From IMG/VR virus record IMGVR_UViG_3300032236_000879, positions 1 through 64,000 of that record: a stretch of DNA of 64,000 bases; one strand, written 5' to 3'. Source of the DNA: a virus. The notes below the pieces were generated by a model. It did no database searches. It saw only the letters and a program-made list of their open reading frames with translations, and had not been told where the DNA came from. How positions within the stretch are numbered: the first letter of the stretch is position 1; each line of letters starts with the position of its first letter. Positions 38,601 through 53,600 of this stretch are shown piece after piece. The position numbers were made by a program, and so were the translations under genes.

Positions 38601-41600
38601 GTATCTAACCTAGGGGATATCAGCTTTGATGTCTCGCTAAATTCTGATACGTTTAACTACGTCTATAATAGTAATCCAGTAACACAAAAAGTAAACACCG
38701 GATATGTTTATAATTATACCAATGCAGCGACTTACAAGAGATTGTTAGGTTGGGAAACTGCAATCGCGCCTAGCCAGCAGTATCAGATTCTGGAGTTTAA
38801 TTTTGTTCCAGGAACCACACAAACATCTAATCAGTTCTTGTGTGATATTGCACCTCTTGCTCCTTTGGGGCCACATGAAACTGGTTGGCCAAGAGTCAAG
38901 GTGTACATCAATAATGAATACCAAGATACAAATACATACACCTATACAACAACTGATACTACCACTACTGTAATACTCAATACTCTTCCTACAGTAAAAA
39001 CTGTGATTCAGATTTTGATTCTAAGTGATCAAGTGAGCAAGGCAGGTTATTATCAGATTCCGTTGAATCTAAGCAACAATCCATTCAACACTGACTTGAC
39101 AGTTGTTAATACAGGTGATATTAGAACACAGTATCAAGATATCTTTATCAATTCTCCTATCGTTACAGGAACTATTTTCGGTACAAATAACTTCAGAGAT
39201 TGCGGTGATCTAGTACCTTATGGCACTAAGATCATTCAGAACAGTGCTTCACTTGTGTTGCCTGGAATGTCCCTACGTAATCCGCAATATAATCTATTCA
39301 ATGCTCTGCAATTTAACTCTAATGAATACATCAAGTACAAGCAATTGATCGTAGACACTGTGCAGAACACAGATTATGTTCAGCGATATACTCCTTCACA
39401 AATTTTGGATGATGCGATCTCACAGATTGCCGCAGCTAAAAGTGAAGTAAATGCATTCTTCTGGTCAGACATGCTACCAAATCAGAATTCATATATTAGC
39501 AATACATATGTCTTTAATAATGATTTGGATAGATCACAGTATCCATTGAGTCATGTATATAATTTCGAGAGTGCAAATTATAATGGTGTTCTAGTTTATT
39601 TGACCCGTAATATCGGTGGAATCCTTGCTGAAAGACAATTGATTACTGGTGTCGAATATGTCATTAGTACTGATTCACCCACGTTGACCATCACTATTCC
39701 AATGTTGCAAGGTGACAATGTAACAATCAAAGAATATAATCAGACTTATGGTTCTTATGTACCAAATACTCCAACTAAGTTAGGTATATATCCTAAGTTT
39801 ATTCCGGGAGTTGTACTTGATCCGAATTACACGATCCCTACTTACTTCATTCAAGGTCATGACGGATCATATACCAAACTATACGGTGATTATATTCCTG
39901 AAGCTAATGTACTAGTTGATTTCAGAGATCAGGCACTATTGGAATTTGAACAGAGAGTCTATAACAACCTCAAGTTAAGCACAGAGACACCTATCAAGCG
40001 TTATGAAGTTGTTCCTGGATTCTTTAGGACTTCAACATATACTTGGGATCAGTATCTACAAATCTATTCGACTCAGTTTCTAAATTGGATCGGTCAGAAT
40101 CGAATCGATTATAAGACACAGTACTTCTCACGAGTAAATGAGTTCACTTACAACTATACTAATTCTACAAGTAAAGTAGACAATAATCCTATCGTCCAGG
40201 GATACTGGAGAGGACTATACGAATACTACTATGATACTACTACTCCAAACACTACTCCATGGGAGATGTTAGGATTTGAGATCATGCCAGATTGGTGGAC
40301 CTCTCGCTACGGTCCCGCTCCGTATACGAGTGATAACGGAATCCTCTGGGGCGACCTAGAGCAGGGACTAGTATGGAATAACGGTGAACCTTATATCAAT
40401 CCTCTCGTAGCTCGACCTGGCTTATCAAAGATCATTCCAGTTGACTCTAATGGAAATCTACTCTCTCCTTATAAAGTGATCGTAGGTAATTATAATCCAA
40501 GCACATTCAATAAAGATTGGAAAGTCGGTGATGATGCTCCTGCTGAATTGAGCTATCGTCGTAGTTCAACTTATCCGTTCGACTTGACTAGAATCTTTGC
40601 ACTAACCCGTCCTGCTGAATTCTACAATCTCTGTGTTGATCTGGATCACTACAAATATAATGTAGAGTTCAATCAGTATCTTGTTGATGATAGAAGCCAT
40701 CTAGTCCCAGCAAATATCCAAGTATACGGTAATGGTATAGCAAAGACCAGCTATCTAAACTGGATCGTTGATTTTGAAAAGCAACAAGGAATTGATTCTA
40801 CTACTGAATTAACAACATCACTCAATAACCTAGATGTAAGACTAGTATATCGTCTTGCTGGTTATAGTGATAAGTCATTGCTTCAGTTTTATGTTGAAAA
40901 ACCATCACCTAGCAGTACCAACGCATCACTGTTGATTCCAAATGAAAGCTATGCTATTCTACTATATGATAACCAAGCATTTGATCGCATCATGTTTAGC
41001 GGTGTCATTGTTCAGCAGAATGATTCATACTGGACAGTATATGGTAACTCACAGACTAATGCGTACTTCCAGATACTTGATCCAAACTTCAATGGAAATT
41101 GGACAACACTAACTACTGAAAATATATCAGTGAAGGTAGCACAATCATACAGCACTAATGTTTCTCTAGTGCCATATGGTACTAAGTTCTACAGCACACA
41201 AGACTTAGCACAATTCCTGATCTCATACGGTAAATATCTAGAATCAAAAGGAATGGTTTTTGATGCAATCGAAAATGGAATTCATGTCACTTGGCAACAG
41301 ATGGTGTATGAATATCTATACTGGGTTCAGACAGGATGGTCAATCGGAAGTATAATCACATTGAATCCTGCTGCAACAACAATGGATATCAATCAGCCGA
41401 GTGCCATCGTTCAACCATTGACGATCCAACAGCAGAATTTTGTGTTGAATCAAAATCTATATCCTATCAAGCTCAACGATCTCTGCATCAATCGTGATGG
41501 TACATTGCTTCATATGCACACGTTGAATGCAGGAGATACTATGGCTTATGCACAGTTCAACTTGAGCAATTTTGAACATGGTATCGTGTTTGATAACTAT

Positions 41601-44600
41601 ACCCTATTCAATGACACCATCTATAATTTGATAACCGGACTTTATCAGAATAGAATCTTTGTTCGAGGACAAAAGACTGCTGAATGGAACGGAACGGTCA
41701 ATGCTTGGGGATTCATTCTAAATCAGACTGATATTCACGAATTCAATTCTTTCACGAAATATACTAAGGGTGAGATTGTAAAATACAAAAATAAGTATTG
41801 GACTTCATTAACCATCATTGAACCATCCGGCGTCTTTGATGAGACAAAGTGGAAGCAGATCAATTACAGCAAGATTCAGCAAGGAATGTTTGCTAACCCA
41901 AGCACTCGTGCATATGAAAGCACGTTGTATTATGATGCACAGAAGGCTAATCTACACCAAGATGCTGATTTGTTATCCTTCTCATTGATCGGCTATCGTC
42001 CGCGTGATTATCTCGCACTCATTGACTTGACTGATACTGCACAAGTTCAAGTCTACAAGAACATGATTAGAAATAAAGGTACGCTCAATGCATTGAATGC
42101 ATTCAAGGGAGCTAACCTTCCACAGGGCGGAATTCAGTACGACATTTATGAGAACTGGTCTATTCTAACAGGCACATACGGCGGTGTGCTAAATGAAAAT
42201 TTTGTAGATTTCAGGCTTCAACAAGCAGACATGACAGGTGATCCTGCAATTGTCAGCCTAACCAACGGTAACGGTACAGCAGGAACGATGCAAGAAGTGT
42301 CGATATATGATCTATACAACTATGGCACGGAGATCACTTCACCTGACATTCTTAGTACTACAACAGCAACACCTACACAGATTCTATATCCTAGTGCAGG
42401 ATACGTCAACTTCAATGATGTCAAGATGTCAACATATTTCTATTCGGGATTGCCTACCGCAACAGATATAAATGGCAAGATCATTCCTATTCAGAATTTC
42501 TATGTCGGTGAATTCATCTGGATGGCAAACTTCAAAGAGAAGTGGGGCGTCTTTAGATGGAAGCCTATCGGTCAAGTAACCCAGGTCAGAAATAATCAAA
42601 ACCAAACAGCAACAGTCACGTTCAACACTCCGCACGGATTGAGCAAGTTAGATCCAATGGCAATCATCAACTTTGCTACATCGGTTGACGGGTACTATAT
42701 CGTGACTGACGTTGTTAATTTATATGAAGTCATCATTAATCTATCAATCGTTGGTGCTAATCAGACAACTGTTCAAGGGCGTGGGCTGGGCTTCGCATTC
42801 GAATCACAGCGTGTTGCGACTCCAAGTGAGATTGAAACACTTAATTTAACTGAGAATGAATTCATCAAGAACCTAGTGTGGGTAGATGAAAATAATGACG
42901 GTGGTTGGGCAGTCTATGAGAAGAGCATCAATTACCTATATCAAAATCAATTACAGCTTCCAGAATCTACTACATATGGTTCCGCAGTCGCATACACTGA
43001 TACATCAGGATATCTCGTAGGGGATGCGGGCGCTAACCGTGTTTATCGATATTCTTATAACAATGTATCCGGTCAATCGACACTCACTCAAACTGTTGTA
43101 CCATACGGTGGATCCATTGCTACCTCATTCGGATCAAATATCGCATATGCTAAGAATATCTATGTGATCGGTGCTAATGGTCCAGGTGAAGATGACATTG
43201 GTAATTTTATCTATGTAATAAATGATAGCATCATTTCAACTGATATGCTAAAATATCAGAATGATTACATCTATGCGTCAGCCGCTGACATCGCAATGTC
43301 AGATGATGCTAATTGGCTATATGTGTCTGATATTGCAAATGGGCTTGTTTTAGCATATCGCAGAGATAACATCACATTTAATGCAGGGTATTTCACTTCA
43401 GGTGAAACTTACATTATCGATAGTTTAGGCACTACTGATTTTACTGCTATTGGTGCTATACAAAACAAAGTTGGAATTGCATTTATTGCAACTGGTCCTG
43501 GTACAGGAACAGGTGTCGCAACACAAGCATCATACAAGCTAGCGCACATCATCAACTGTGCTGATTTGGGACTGACTGCTGATAGTAAATTCGGTAATTC
43601 TCTATCAACCAACTATGATGGTAGTGTTCTGATGATAGGTGCTCCTGATGTAGCTGATACTAGTCCGGTTCTTGCTAACTGGGGTGCGGCATATGTTTAT
43701 CAGCGAGCAGTACAAACATTTGAAGCTCAGTATTCGAGCGTTCCTTATCAACCGTTCGCATTTAATCTAGCCTGGACACCCCAGACAAACACATTCCTTC
43801 CTCCGCAGACATTGACTTCGACTACTGTTATTGGAAATTACATTTATGTTAATGATGCAACTTATCTTAGAATAAACATGCCTGTCATGTTCATCGCTGG
43901 AAGTGCAGGTGCTGGATTAAATAATAGCGGAATCAATCCATACGTCACTTATTATATTGCAGATATTATAGAAAACACAATTGCATTAAAGACCTCACGT
44001 TCAACTAGCACTATTGTTAGCTTGATTGATGGTACAATCACATGCACTATGTATCCGCAATATGATGTGAACGGAAGCACTAGGGTTTATGTTTCTGTTA
44101 ACGGCAAAGTGGTTCAAGATAACAACTATGCATTAGCCGGAAGTACTCTGTACTATACAGGTAATTTACAAGTAGGTGACATTGTTAACGTTAGTGGTAC
44201 TGATTTCTTTATGGCGCAAGAATTTAATTCTGAGTACAACAATAGACCTGATGTATATTTTGGTACTTCTGTTGCAGTCACAAAGTATGGATCAACTGTT
44301 CTTGTAGGTTCACCGTATGAAATCGATACAGACGGTAAAGAAGGTGCAGTATATAGTTATACAAACGGCGGTGCAAAATATGGTCTAGTGATCGGTACAT
44401 CACCTTGTAATATCACATCTGCTAGAACATTATTAATTAATGGGTTTGCAGTATACTTACCTATCGGAAATGCCGCTGTAGTGGCAAATGCGATAAATGG
44501 TTCAAATATTAATAATATACAAGCAGCCGCAACTGCTGATAATAAGATCATGATTCAGCTTATTAATAGTTCTCTGGCAGGAGTTGATAACAAATTGTTA

Positions 44601-47600
44601 TTGACAACATTTGACAGTAATCTATTTGGTGAGCTGGGTGTGGAACTATTTACTAATACTCAGATTATCAAGTGCCCGCATCAATTTGGTCCAACTGAGT
44701 TCGGGTACAAAGTAAAAACAAATCATGCAAATAGTATCGTAATCTCTGCTCCTGTTGGTACACGATATGAAGGTACAGTATTTGATTTTACAGATGACAA
44801 TAATCTAGACAATGATACTGTGTTCGATAATAATGCGACTCAGTTTGTAGATACTTATCCAAATGCCGGTGCAGTATATATGTTTGAGTATCTCTCAAAT
44901 TATAATGAAAATCTGGCAAATCCTGGAACATGGACTTACGCACAAAGCACAAATGATATCTCAACTGATTATGGATATAATCCTCAATACGGTGCAGCAC
45001 TAGATTTCAATCAATATAATGTGATGATAGGTTCTCCGAACTTCCAACCATATACTCTTGGTGGAGAAGTCATCGTTTATAATAATGCTACAGGCGCGAA
45101 TGACTGGACAGTCTATAGACAGAGTGCACCTGTTGTAGATATCAACAAGGTTCAGAATACACAACTGTATAGTGCTTCTACTAATAACACACTCACCAAT
45201 CTTGACTACATCGATCCTCTGCAAAATAAACTTCTAGGTGCTGCTCGTGAGAATCTCGACTTTGTGACAGGAGTAGATCCTGCTGTTTATAATGTGAGCT
45301 ATAACGCAGAAGCTGGCCCAGTCTGGGGAGCACCTCAAGTGGGTAAGCTATGGTTTGATACAGCAAACGTGAGATGGGTGAACTATCATCAGAATGATGT
45401 AGTATACAATAGCAAATATTGGGGAGAAGTATTCCCTGGATCAGACGTTGCAGTCTATAGTTGGATCGCTAGCTTCATTCCGCCTCAGAACTACCAAGGA
45501 CCCGGCGTTCCGTATGATGTGAATCAATTTGTCGTCAACAATACAATGAACTCATCAAACGTTGTTGTTCCTGTTTATTATTTCTGGGTACGTAACACTA
45601 ATGTAATTTTCAGCAAGACAGGTAAAACGTTATCTGATTCTGTCGTTCAGAATTACATTTCTAATCCTCGTACTTCCGGTATTCCATTCATGGCTCCGGT
45701 ATTACCGAACACATTCTCTATCTATAATTCAGGTAATTTCTTCAATGCAGATGACACGGTGTTCCATATTGGATTTGCGAATGGATCGTCACAGGATATC
45801 GTTCACAACGAATACTCATTGATCAGAGAAAATTTTGCAGATGATTTCTTGCCTGGATTCCCTAATACAAATAATGCACACAATGAATCAGGAGTTCACG
45901 GTGATATCGGAAAAGAATATATCTACGGTGCACCATCGTCGCTATACGCTAAGATGATCGACTCTCTTGCAGGATGTACTCCTGCAGGAAATATCGTACC
46001 TGATCCATTCTTACCTTTGGCAGTTCAATCAGGTGTTCTAGTTCGCCCAAGCCAGAGCTTCTTCTATGATAGATTTGCGGCATTAGATAATTACTTGTCA
46101 TATGCCAACAGCGTATTGATCAATTATCCAATCTTTGAATTACGTGAAGAACTCTCGTTCTTGTTCACATCCGGAACTTATTTTAATACTCCGGATTATT
46201 GGAGCTATGTTGATTGGTGGGCTACCGGTTATAATAATAGCACAAAGGCATCAGTGCAAGTAGCAGTGTATGCTGATCTATCCACATTGAATGTTCCGGT
46301 TGGTACTATCGCAAAAGTAAATCAAAATGGTGCAGGCAAGTGGGAAGTATATATTCAATCATACACCAATATTTGGACAAGAATTGGATTACAGAACGGA
46401 ACACTTCAGTTCAGCAGTTCTCTCTGGGATTACTCGGCTGGTAAGTTAGGTTGGTCAGGAAACTTCTTTGACACAACTCCGTTTGATCTCTATCCTAGTG
46501 AAGAAACCCGAAGCATCGTTCGTGCATTGAACGAACAGATTTATATTGGTGATCTATTGATTCATAGAAACAAGAGCTTGATCTTGCTATTTGAATACAT
46601 TCAATCTGAAACAATTGAATCTCAGAATTTCTTACCTTGGTTAAACAAGACTTCATTGGTTGATGTTGCTCACACCATCCGTGAACTGCTTCCTTATGAA
46701 GTATATAAAACAGATGATCAAGTATTCTTATCTGGATATGTCAATGAAGCCAAACCATATCGTGTTGTCATTAAGGACTTCTTATTCAAATATACAAAAA
46801 CTGATGTATTTGAAGGTGACATAACTGACTTTGATCTTCCTGCAATCTACGATTCAGTAAATCAACAATTCGTATCACCACAGTTAATCTATACAACCGA
46901 TACTAGCAGCGATTATGAATTTAATACTACTAGTCAAATCTGGCAGAATGTAAACTATTCTCAGTGGTTCCAACACTACGGTCTATCAGTAACTGGACAA
47001 CCTGAGTTCCCGATCACAATTTTAAGTTCATATCTAAATCGTAGATCAACTTATATTATTGTAGATAATGCACACGGTTTCCCAACTAACGGTATCATAA
47101 CAATTGGAACAGAACAGATCAGCTATTCATATGTTGATCGTGCCCTTAATATCATAGGTGGACTGACTAGAGGGGTGAATCAAACTACTCCAGTAGATCA
47201 TATTCCAGGAGAACAAATCATCATTGATCTTCCTGCTGTGATACTATTGGATGGGGGCCGTGGTTATGCTAATCCGCCTAAAGTGACAGCGGTATTCGAT
47301 ACTACAAAATATCCTGCTCCTAGAGAAGATGCGACATTTGAAGCAGTATTAGGAAATGGTTCTGTCGTTCAGATCAATGTCACTAATCCAGGGAGTGGAT
47401 ATGCAGTTCTACCTGATCTAGTAATCGAACCTGCATTGACTGTCTATTTTGATAACACAAACATCAATTCAAGATTCCATACAATTAACGTGTATGCACC
47501 TGCACTACAAACAGGCGATCTAATTCAATATAGACCTGGAACAGGCGCTGGTGCCGGAAGACTCGCAGATGGGCAGTGGTATTATATCAACGTCCTAGAA

Positions 47601-50600
47601 ACTAGCACGATTTCTGTCATCGGATTGTATACGACTTATAGCAATGCAATCAACGATCAGGATAGAGTAACAATATTCGATAATGGAACAGCCGCAGGGA
47701 TGTCATTGAATCTAGGTGCCAAAGCATCTATCATTACTTCTTCTGCACCTGTTAGAGAAAATATTGTTACACTACGTTTTGATAGAACCTCATATGGATC
47801 AAAGATTCAAGATTGGCAAGCCGATTCGTTCTATGGTGCTTATTTCGCAGGTAGCTATTATAGCGTAGATACAACATCATCTAGTTCTCCGCTTCTATTA
47901 GAAAACACAAATCCTGATATTAATACGATTACTGCTTCTGCCGATGGTGTGACGTTTGAAATTACTAGTGTTTCAAATGAAGAGCAAACCACATGGTCAT
48001 CTTACACTCGATCGGTGGGTAGCACGATTGCTGCAAATAATGCTATCAGACTCATTCCTCAAGATGGGAACAACAATCCATTAGGGGCTGAACCTAATGC
48101 ATCGGGTACGACAATTGGATTCTATGTAGGAATGCCAATCAAGTTCCACGGAACTGTCATCGGTGGAATAGTACAGGATCAAGTTTATTATGTTGCACAG
48201 GTATTGAATGAGATTGATTTTACTATCTCTGCAATATCAGGTGGATCAGTTGTCAGTTTGACAAATTCTACTGCTAATTATCCACTCTATTGCTACACAG
48301 GTGAAGTAGTCGATACTGCGCTCATCAATGTAAACTATCCAGGCATATTAACTGCTACTGCAACTTCAGCCAGTAACAATGCGATCACTGTTCCATTGAC
48401 AGCAATAGGTACAGGCGGTACTAATGGATTCTATCCAGGATTGACTGTATTTTTTACCGGCACTGATTCACAGTTTACTGCATTTGGAAATGCGATCACT
48501 GCAAATGAAGTCTATTATGTTAACACAATAATCGATGAACAAACATTCACTATTTCTGAATTCAAGAATCCTACATTTACGAATGTGCTGCATAATGTTA
48601 CAGAAAATAACACAGTTTACCCTATCACTGCTAATGTAACACAGACTATTGGTTCAACCGATATAGTTGTTGTAGATTCTACGCAAGACTTTAATCTACA
48701 TGATCCTGTGATCTTTAATTCAATGGTTGTCTCTGGGAACCCAGTAACAACATTCGGTGGAATCGTTTCGGGAACAGTGTACTACGTAAGTCAAATTGTC
48801 AACGGTACTGAAATGAAGATTTCCCAGACATCGACTGGGGTAACATATAATCTATCAGATCAAACAGGTACAGCGATTGCTACTAACCAAAGTAACGTAG
48901 TTCAGCTTACAACTGCCACTGGTCAATTGACCCTTAATGTTGCATTGCCAGTAAGCCCGGGACAAGTCAATGGACAAAAATTAAAGTTCTATCAAACATC
49001 AACCCAGTTTACTGGAATAAACACAGGTGTTATTAGCAACCTAATCAAAACAAGTGTTGATGCTACTATTGGTACTGTAAACAAGATTGCAGTTGGAACA
49101 ACAACTAATTTCTATACTAATATGCCTGTGCAGTTTGAGGTTGCAACAGGTGGGTTGCTTACAGGAACAACTTACTATGTCATAGATTATACAGGCAATG
49201 GTGGCATTACTCCTACATTACAGGTTGTTGTTTCAGCTACTTCTTCGACTGGAAATAAATTGATCTGTAAGTCTGGAACTAATACTGGTGACTTATATGT
49301 AAATATGCCATTGATATTCTCCGGTACCGGACTCGGAGGAATCATCATCGGTGAAGTATACTACGTCAAAAGTGTAGTAGATAGCACACACTTCACGGTC
49401 TCGCTATCTCCGGGCGGAGCTACATTAACTTTAGCAAATGACTCAGGGTACATGTTAGGTACCGGGGATTCTTATATCACTGTTTCACTCACACCCGGTG
49501 GTTCTCTCGTATCATTGTCTACTAGCACAACCGCTTCAACATTAGATCAGATTGTCACTGCTACTCCTACATTTGATATTTCTTATATACTCGGTGGATA
49601 TAGAGCAATCATTGCAAACGGCGGAACAGGTTTTGCAGTAGATAACGTGATCACTATTAGTGGTACTGCGGTCGGCGGAGTATCCCCTGCAAATGATATT
49701 ATAATAACAGTTGCTGCGGTTGACACAAATGGTGCAATAACCAGTATATCTCTTGCAGGTAATCCGCCCGACATTGAGTTGAGTTATTATGTGAAAGTAG
49801 TTTCTGCAACAGGATTAGAACTCTACCAAGATTCACTTTTATCTATTCCAGTAAACGGTAAGACATTACCATATACAGGATTTACAAGTGCTAATGTAAC
49901 TCAAACAAGTAGCACCGGAAATATTATTACAGTATCAAGTTCTACTGCATTCAGTATAAATGATGAAGTCATTTTTACTGGAAACGTGATCGGTAATATC
50001 GTATTAGGTCAACCTTACTACGTGATCTCAAAGCCATCATCAACACAGATCAGAGTATCACAATTGCCAAATGGTTCACCGTTCAATCCAGGCAATGCAA
50101 CAGGATCATGCTTAGTGACGAAGCCAGGAAGCTTTGCATATCTACCTGAACCATTCTACTTCCAACCATCTATCATCAGATACAATAACAGGCTATATGA
50201 ATGCTTAGTATCAAATAATGATCCTGAGTTCGTGTTCGGTAAATGGCAATTGATTGATTCGGGTGCTCGCAATATCAATGCAATGGACAGAGTCATTGGT
50301 TACTATCAACCAACTGCAAATATGCCAGGCAAAGATTTAACACAATTGTTCGAGGGCGTTTCATATCCAAACCCAATCTATTATGGTAATGCTTTCCAAC
50401 CATCACAGCAATTCGAGCTAGATACATTATTACAAGATCAACCATTCTACCCTACCGGAGTTCAACTTACTTCAGTCGTATACAATAACGGTGAATACTA
50501 TGCTGCATCAAATCTAACAGATTATTCAGCAGTATTGTATAGTACAGACAACGTAAATTGGGCATTGACTAAATTGAGTAGCGTGAATGTACACACAACT

Positions 50601-53600
50601 GATATCATTTATCACAATAGTGTCTATGTGATGACTTCGAATAATTCTGCAACACCTATCTTTAGAAGTAGCAATGGAATCGATTGGAGCACTAACGGAT
50701 ACTTCACTCCTTGGGGAGCAGACGGTTGGTCTGATTTCAACTATGATATGACTTCACTGAATGTTGCTGCACTTGCATTAAACAGTGTAACGACATTTAA
50801 TAACTTCTGGTTTGCAGCAGGTGATAGTATCGTGTCTAGCAATGACACATATGTCTGGGGCAAGGTACATTCTTATCCTTCTGCAAACGCAGTGACACTA
50901 TATAGCATTGCTTCTGTTTCGATTCCTAATTTTACAGGATTGATTGCAGTAGGTAAAGGGTTGAGACTCGACTATTCTACTGGAACAACTCAGCTAGTCC
51001 CTACAGATATTATCTCAACTAGTACAGACGGGTTGATCTGGCAAGACCTTGCCTCGCTCACTGATAAAACATTCCGCGCAGTGGCAGCTAATACAAACAG
51101 AATCACTGTTGTTGGTGACAGCGGAGTTATCTACTACTCTACTGATGGAATAAACTTCTTAGGATTGAATGAAGCAACAGTAACTAACGTAGATGACGCG
51201 AATAACATTCTATCGTTAACCAACACTGCTGGGCTGACCGTAGGGGATACTATTAGATTCACTACTGCATTTTCATCTATTCTAGCAGGAACAACATATT
51301 TTGTCAAGAGCATCATCAGCCCGACAAGAATAACAATTTCTGCTACATTAGGCGGTGCCACTAAAACATTGACTCCTTATGCTATCAATAGTCAAATCAT
51401 CGCATATAAGTATGATCCAGCTAATCCAAATCCGAATGCATTGTACAATATCATCTATGCTAATGATCTCTGGGTAGCAATCGGTGCTGCAGGAACAATC
51501 AAGACTTCTTCAGATGGTATGTCATGGACTGTACGTTCATCAGGTACAACACATAATCTGAACGGTATTATTTGGTCAGGTACAGAATTCACAGTAGTAG
51601 GTGATAACAATACAGTAATAACTTCTACTGATGGCATCACTTGGTCGGGCTCAACGATATTCAGTGTCTTGCCTTCAACATATGATGTCAAGGGAGCAGA
51701 TTTCCAATACGGATATGCACCGGAAGAACTCGTTGCAGGAAATGTTCGTGATGATCTAGCGATGACAGTAGTCACCCGTCCCGGAACAAACTGGGATGCA
51801 GCAGAATATTCAAACGTTGGATATAATGTTATATCTATTGAGGTTGCACCGAAAACACAAACACAAACTATCTATAACTTTGATCGTATTGTTCAAGTTC
51901 CAGTACAGGTATCAGTACAAGTACTAGATGCATCTACTATGTTAGGAACAACACTATCACCGACTCAGTATAGTGTAGACTGGGTGAACAAAAATATCAT
52001 CCTAAACTCTCCTATCTCATTCACTCCTGACATGCAGAAGTTGAGGATTGATATATATGAAGTTGGAAATGGGGAACAGCTAGTAAAAGCAAGTACACAT
52101 AATGATCCGATCAGAACTAACGTAGATACCGGATTTAACGAGATTTACTTAAATTGTAATTACAGTGCTAACATCTTTAATGGTAGTGGTGTGATCAAAC
52201 CCGGTTCATTTGATCTAACAGTGACTGCTGTTGCAACAGATAGCATTACCAATTCAATAACGTGCGATGATGTATCCCAGTTTTCAATTGGACAAGCGGT
52301 GACATTTACAGGGGTGGTATTTGGAAACCTACAAACCAATACCACTTATTACATCAAATCAATCAGTATGATAACTGAATCTATCACAGTATCATTATCA
52401 TATGATCCTATTACAGGAATCGCAGGACCTACTACAAACTTGACCACCGATACAGGAACAATGTCTGTTAACCTAGCATACGGTTCAGATATTCCTTGGA
52501 CTACTCCTTATGTAGTTCACAATGGAACTAGACTTGTTCAAGGTTACTCAAGTCAAGTGACAGGAACGTCTTCTATAACCAATACCGTCATCACTAATTC
52601 TACTGCTGGTATGACTGTAGGAATGCCAGTAACATTCAGTAAGAGTGTGTTTGGTGTGCTTTCTCCTATAACAAGATACTACGTAGCATCAATCATAGAT
52701 AATAATAATTTCACTGTTTCTGCAACTCCTAATGGATCAACAGTGACCCTTACTGATGCAGCAGGTGCAGCATATTATATCACTAATGATTTCGCATTTG
52801 GGTTACAGCCAAACAAAATTCAAGCAACACTCATATTTGCAACTGATACATATACTCGTGCAAATGATTATATTGCTTACTCTGTGTTCGGGGAATCTGA
52901 ACCAGCAGAATACGGATATACTGTTCCGGAAAGACAAGAATTTGTAGCGAACGGAACTACAGTAGCATTCACCTTAGGTAACTATGTCGGTGGTGATAAC
53001 CCAACAAATGCAATCGTAGAGATCAACGGGATTCGTCAATCGTCATCCAAATACACTATTAGCTTTGGTACTAATAGTGTTATATTTGCAACACCTCCTG
53101 CAAATGGTGCGATTGTCGCAGTCACGAGCTACAATGTCACTGATCGTCAATATCTAAATAGCCAATACGGTATCACAGGTAATGTTGGAAGTGCATTTGC
53201 TACTTTTGTGGTAGGACAAACTAACAACGTGACCGGAACATGGGATCAAAATTCACCGTCCGCGCAGACATGGGATGAGAATTCTCCTTCAATTATCTCG
53301 TGGGATGAGCAACAAAATTGGTTGACATTAAGTTCAGGTACTACAGGAGTATTGCACGTAAACGATCCTATCATCTTTAGTGCTCCTACTATCGGTGGAC
53401 TCGTTGCCGGACAAACATACTATGTGACTCAGATTCTTGACACAAGTAATTTTGTGATTTCTGCTACATTGGGTGGTCCGGCAGTCGTATTAACTAACGA
53501 TACCGGATCAATGACTGCAAATGCGAATGCGTTGATCGTTGCTCAGATCACTAACATAAACAATAACATTACATCTCCTATTGCAGATACAGTTGCTACT

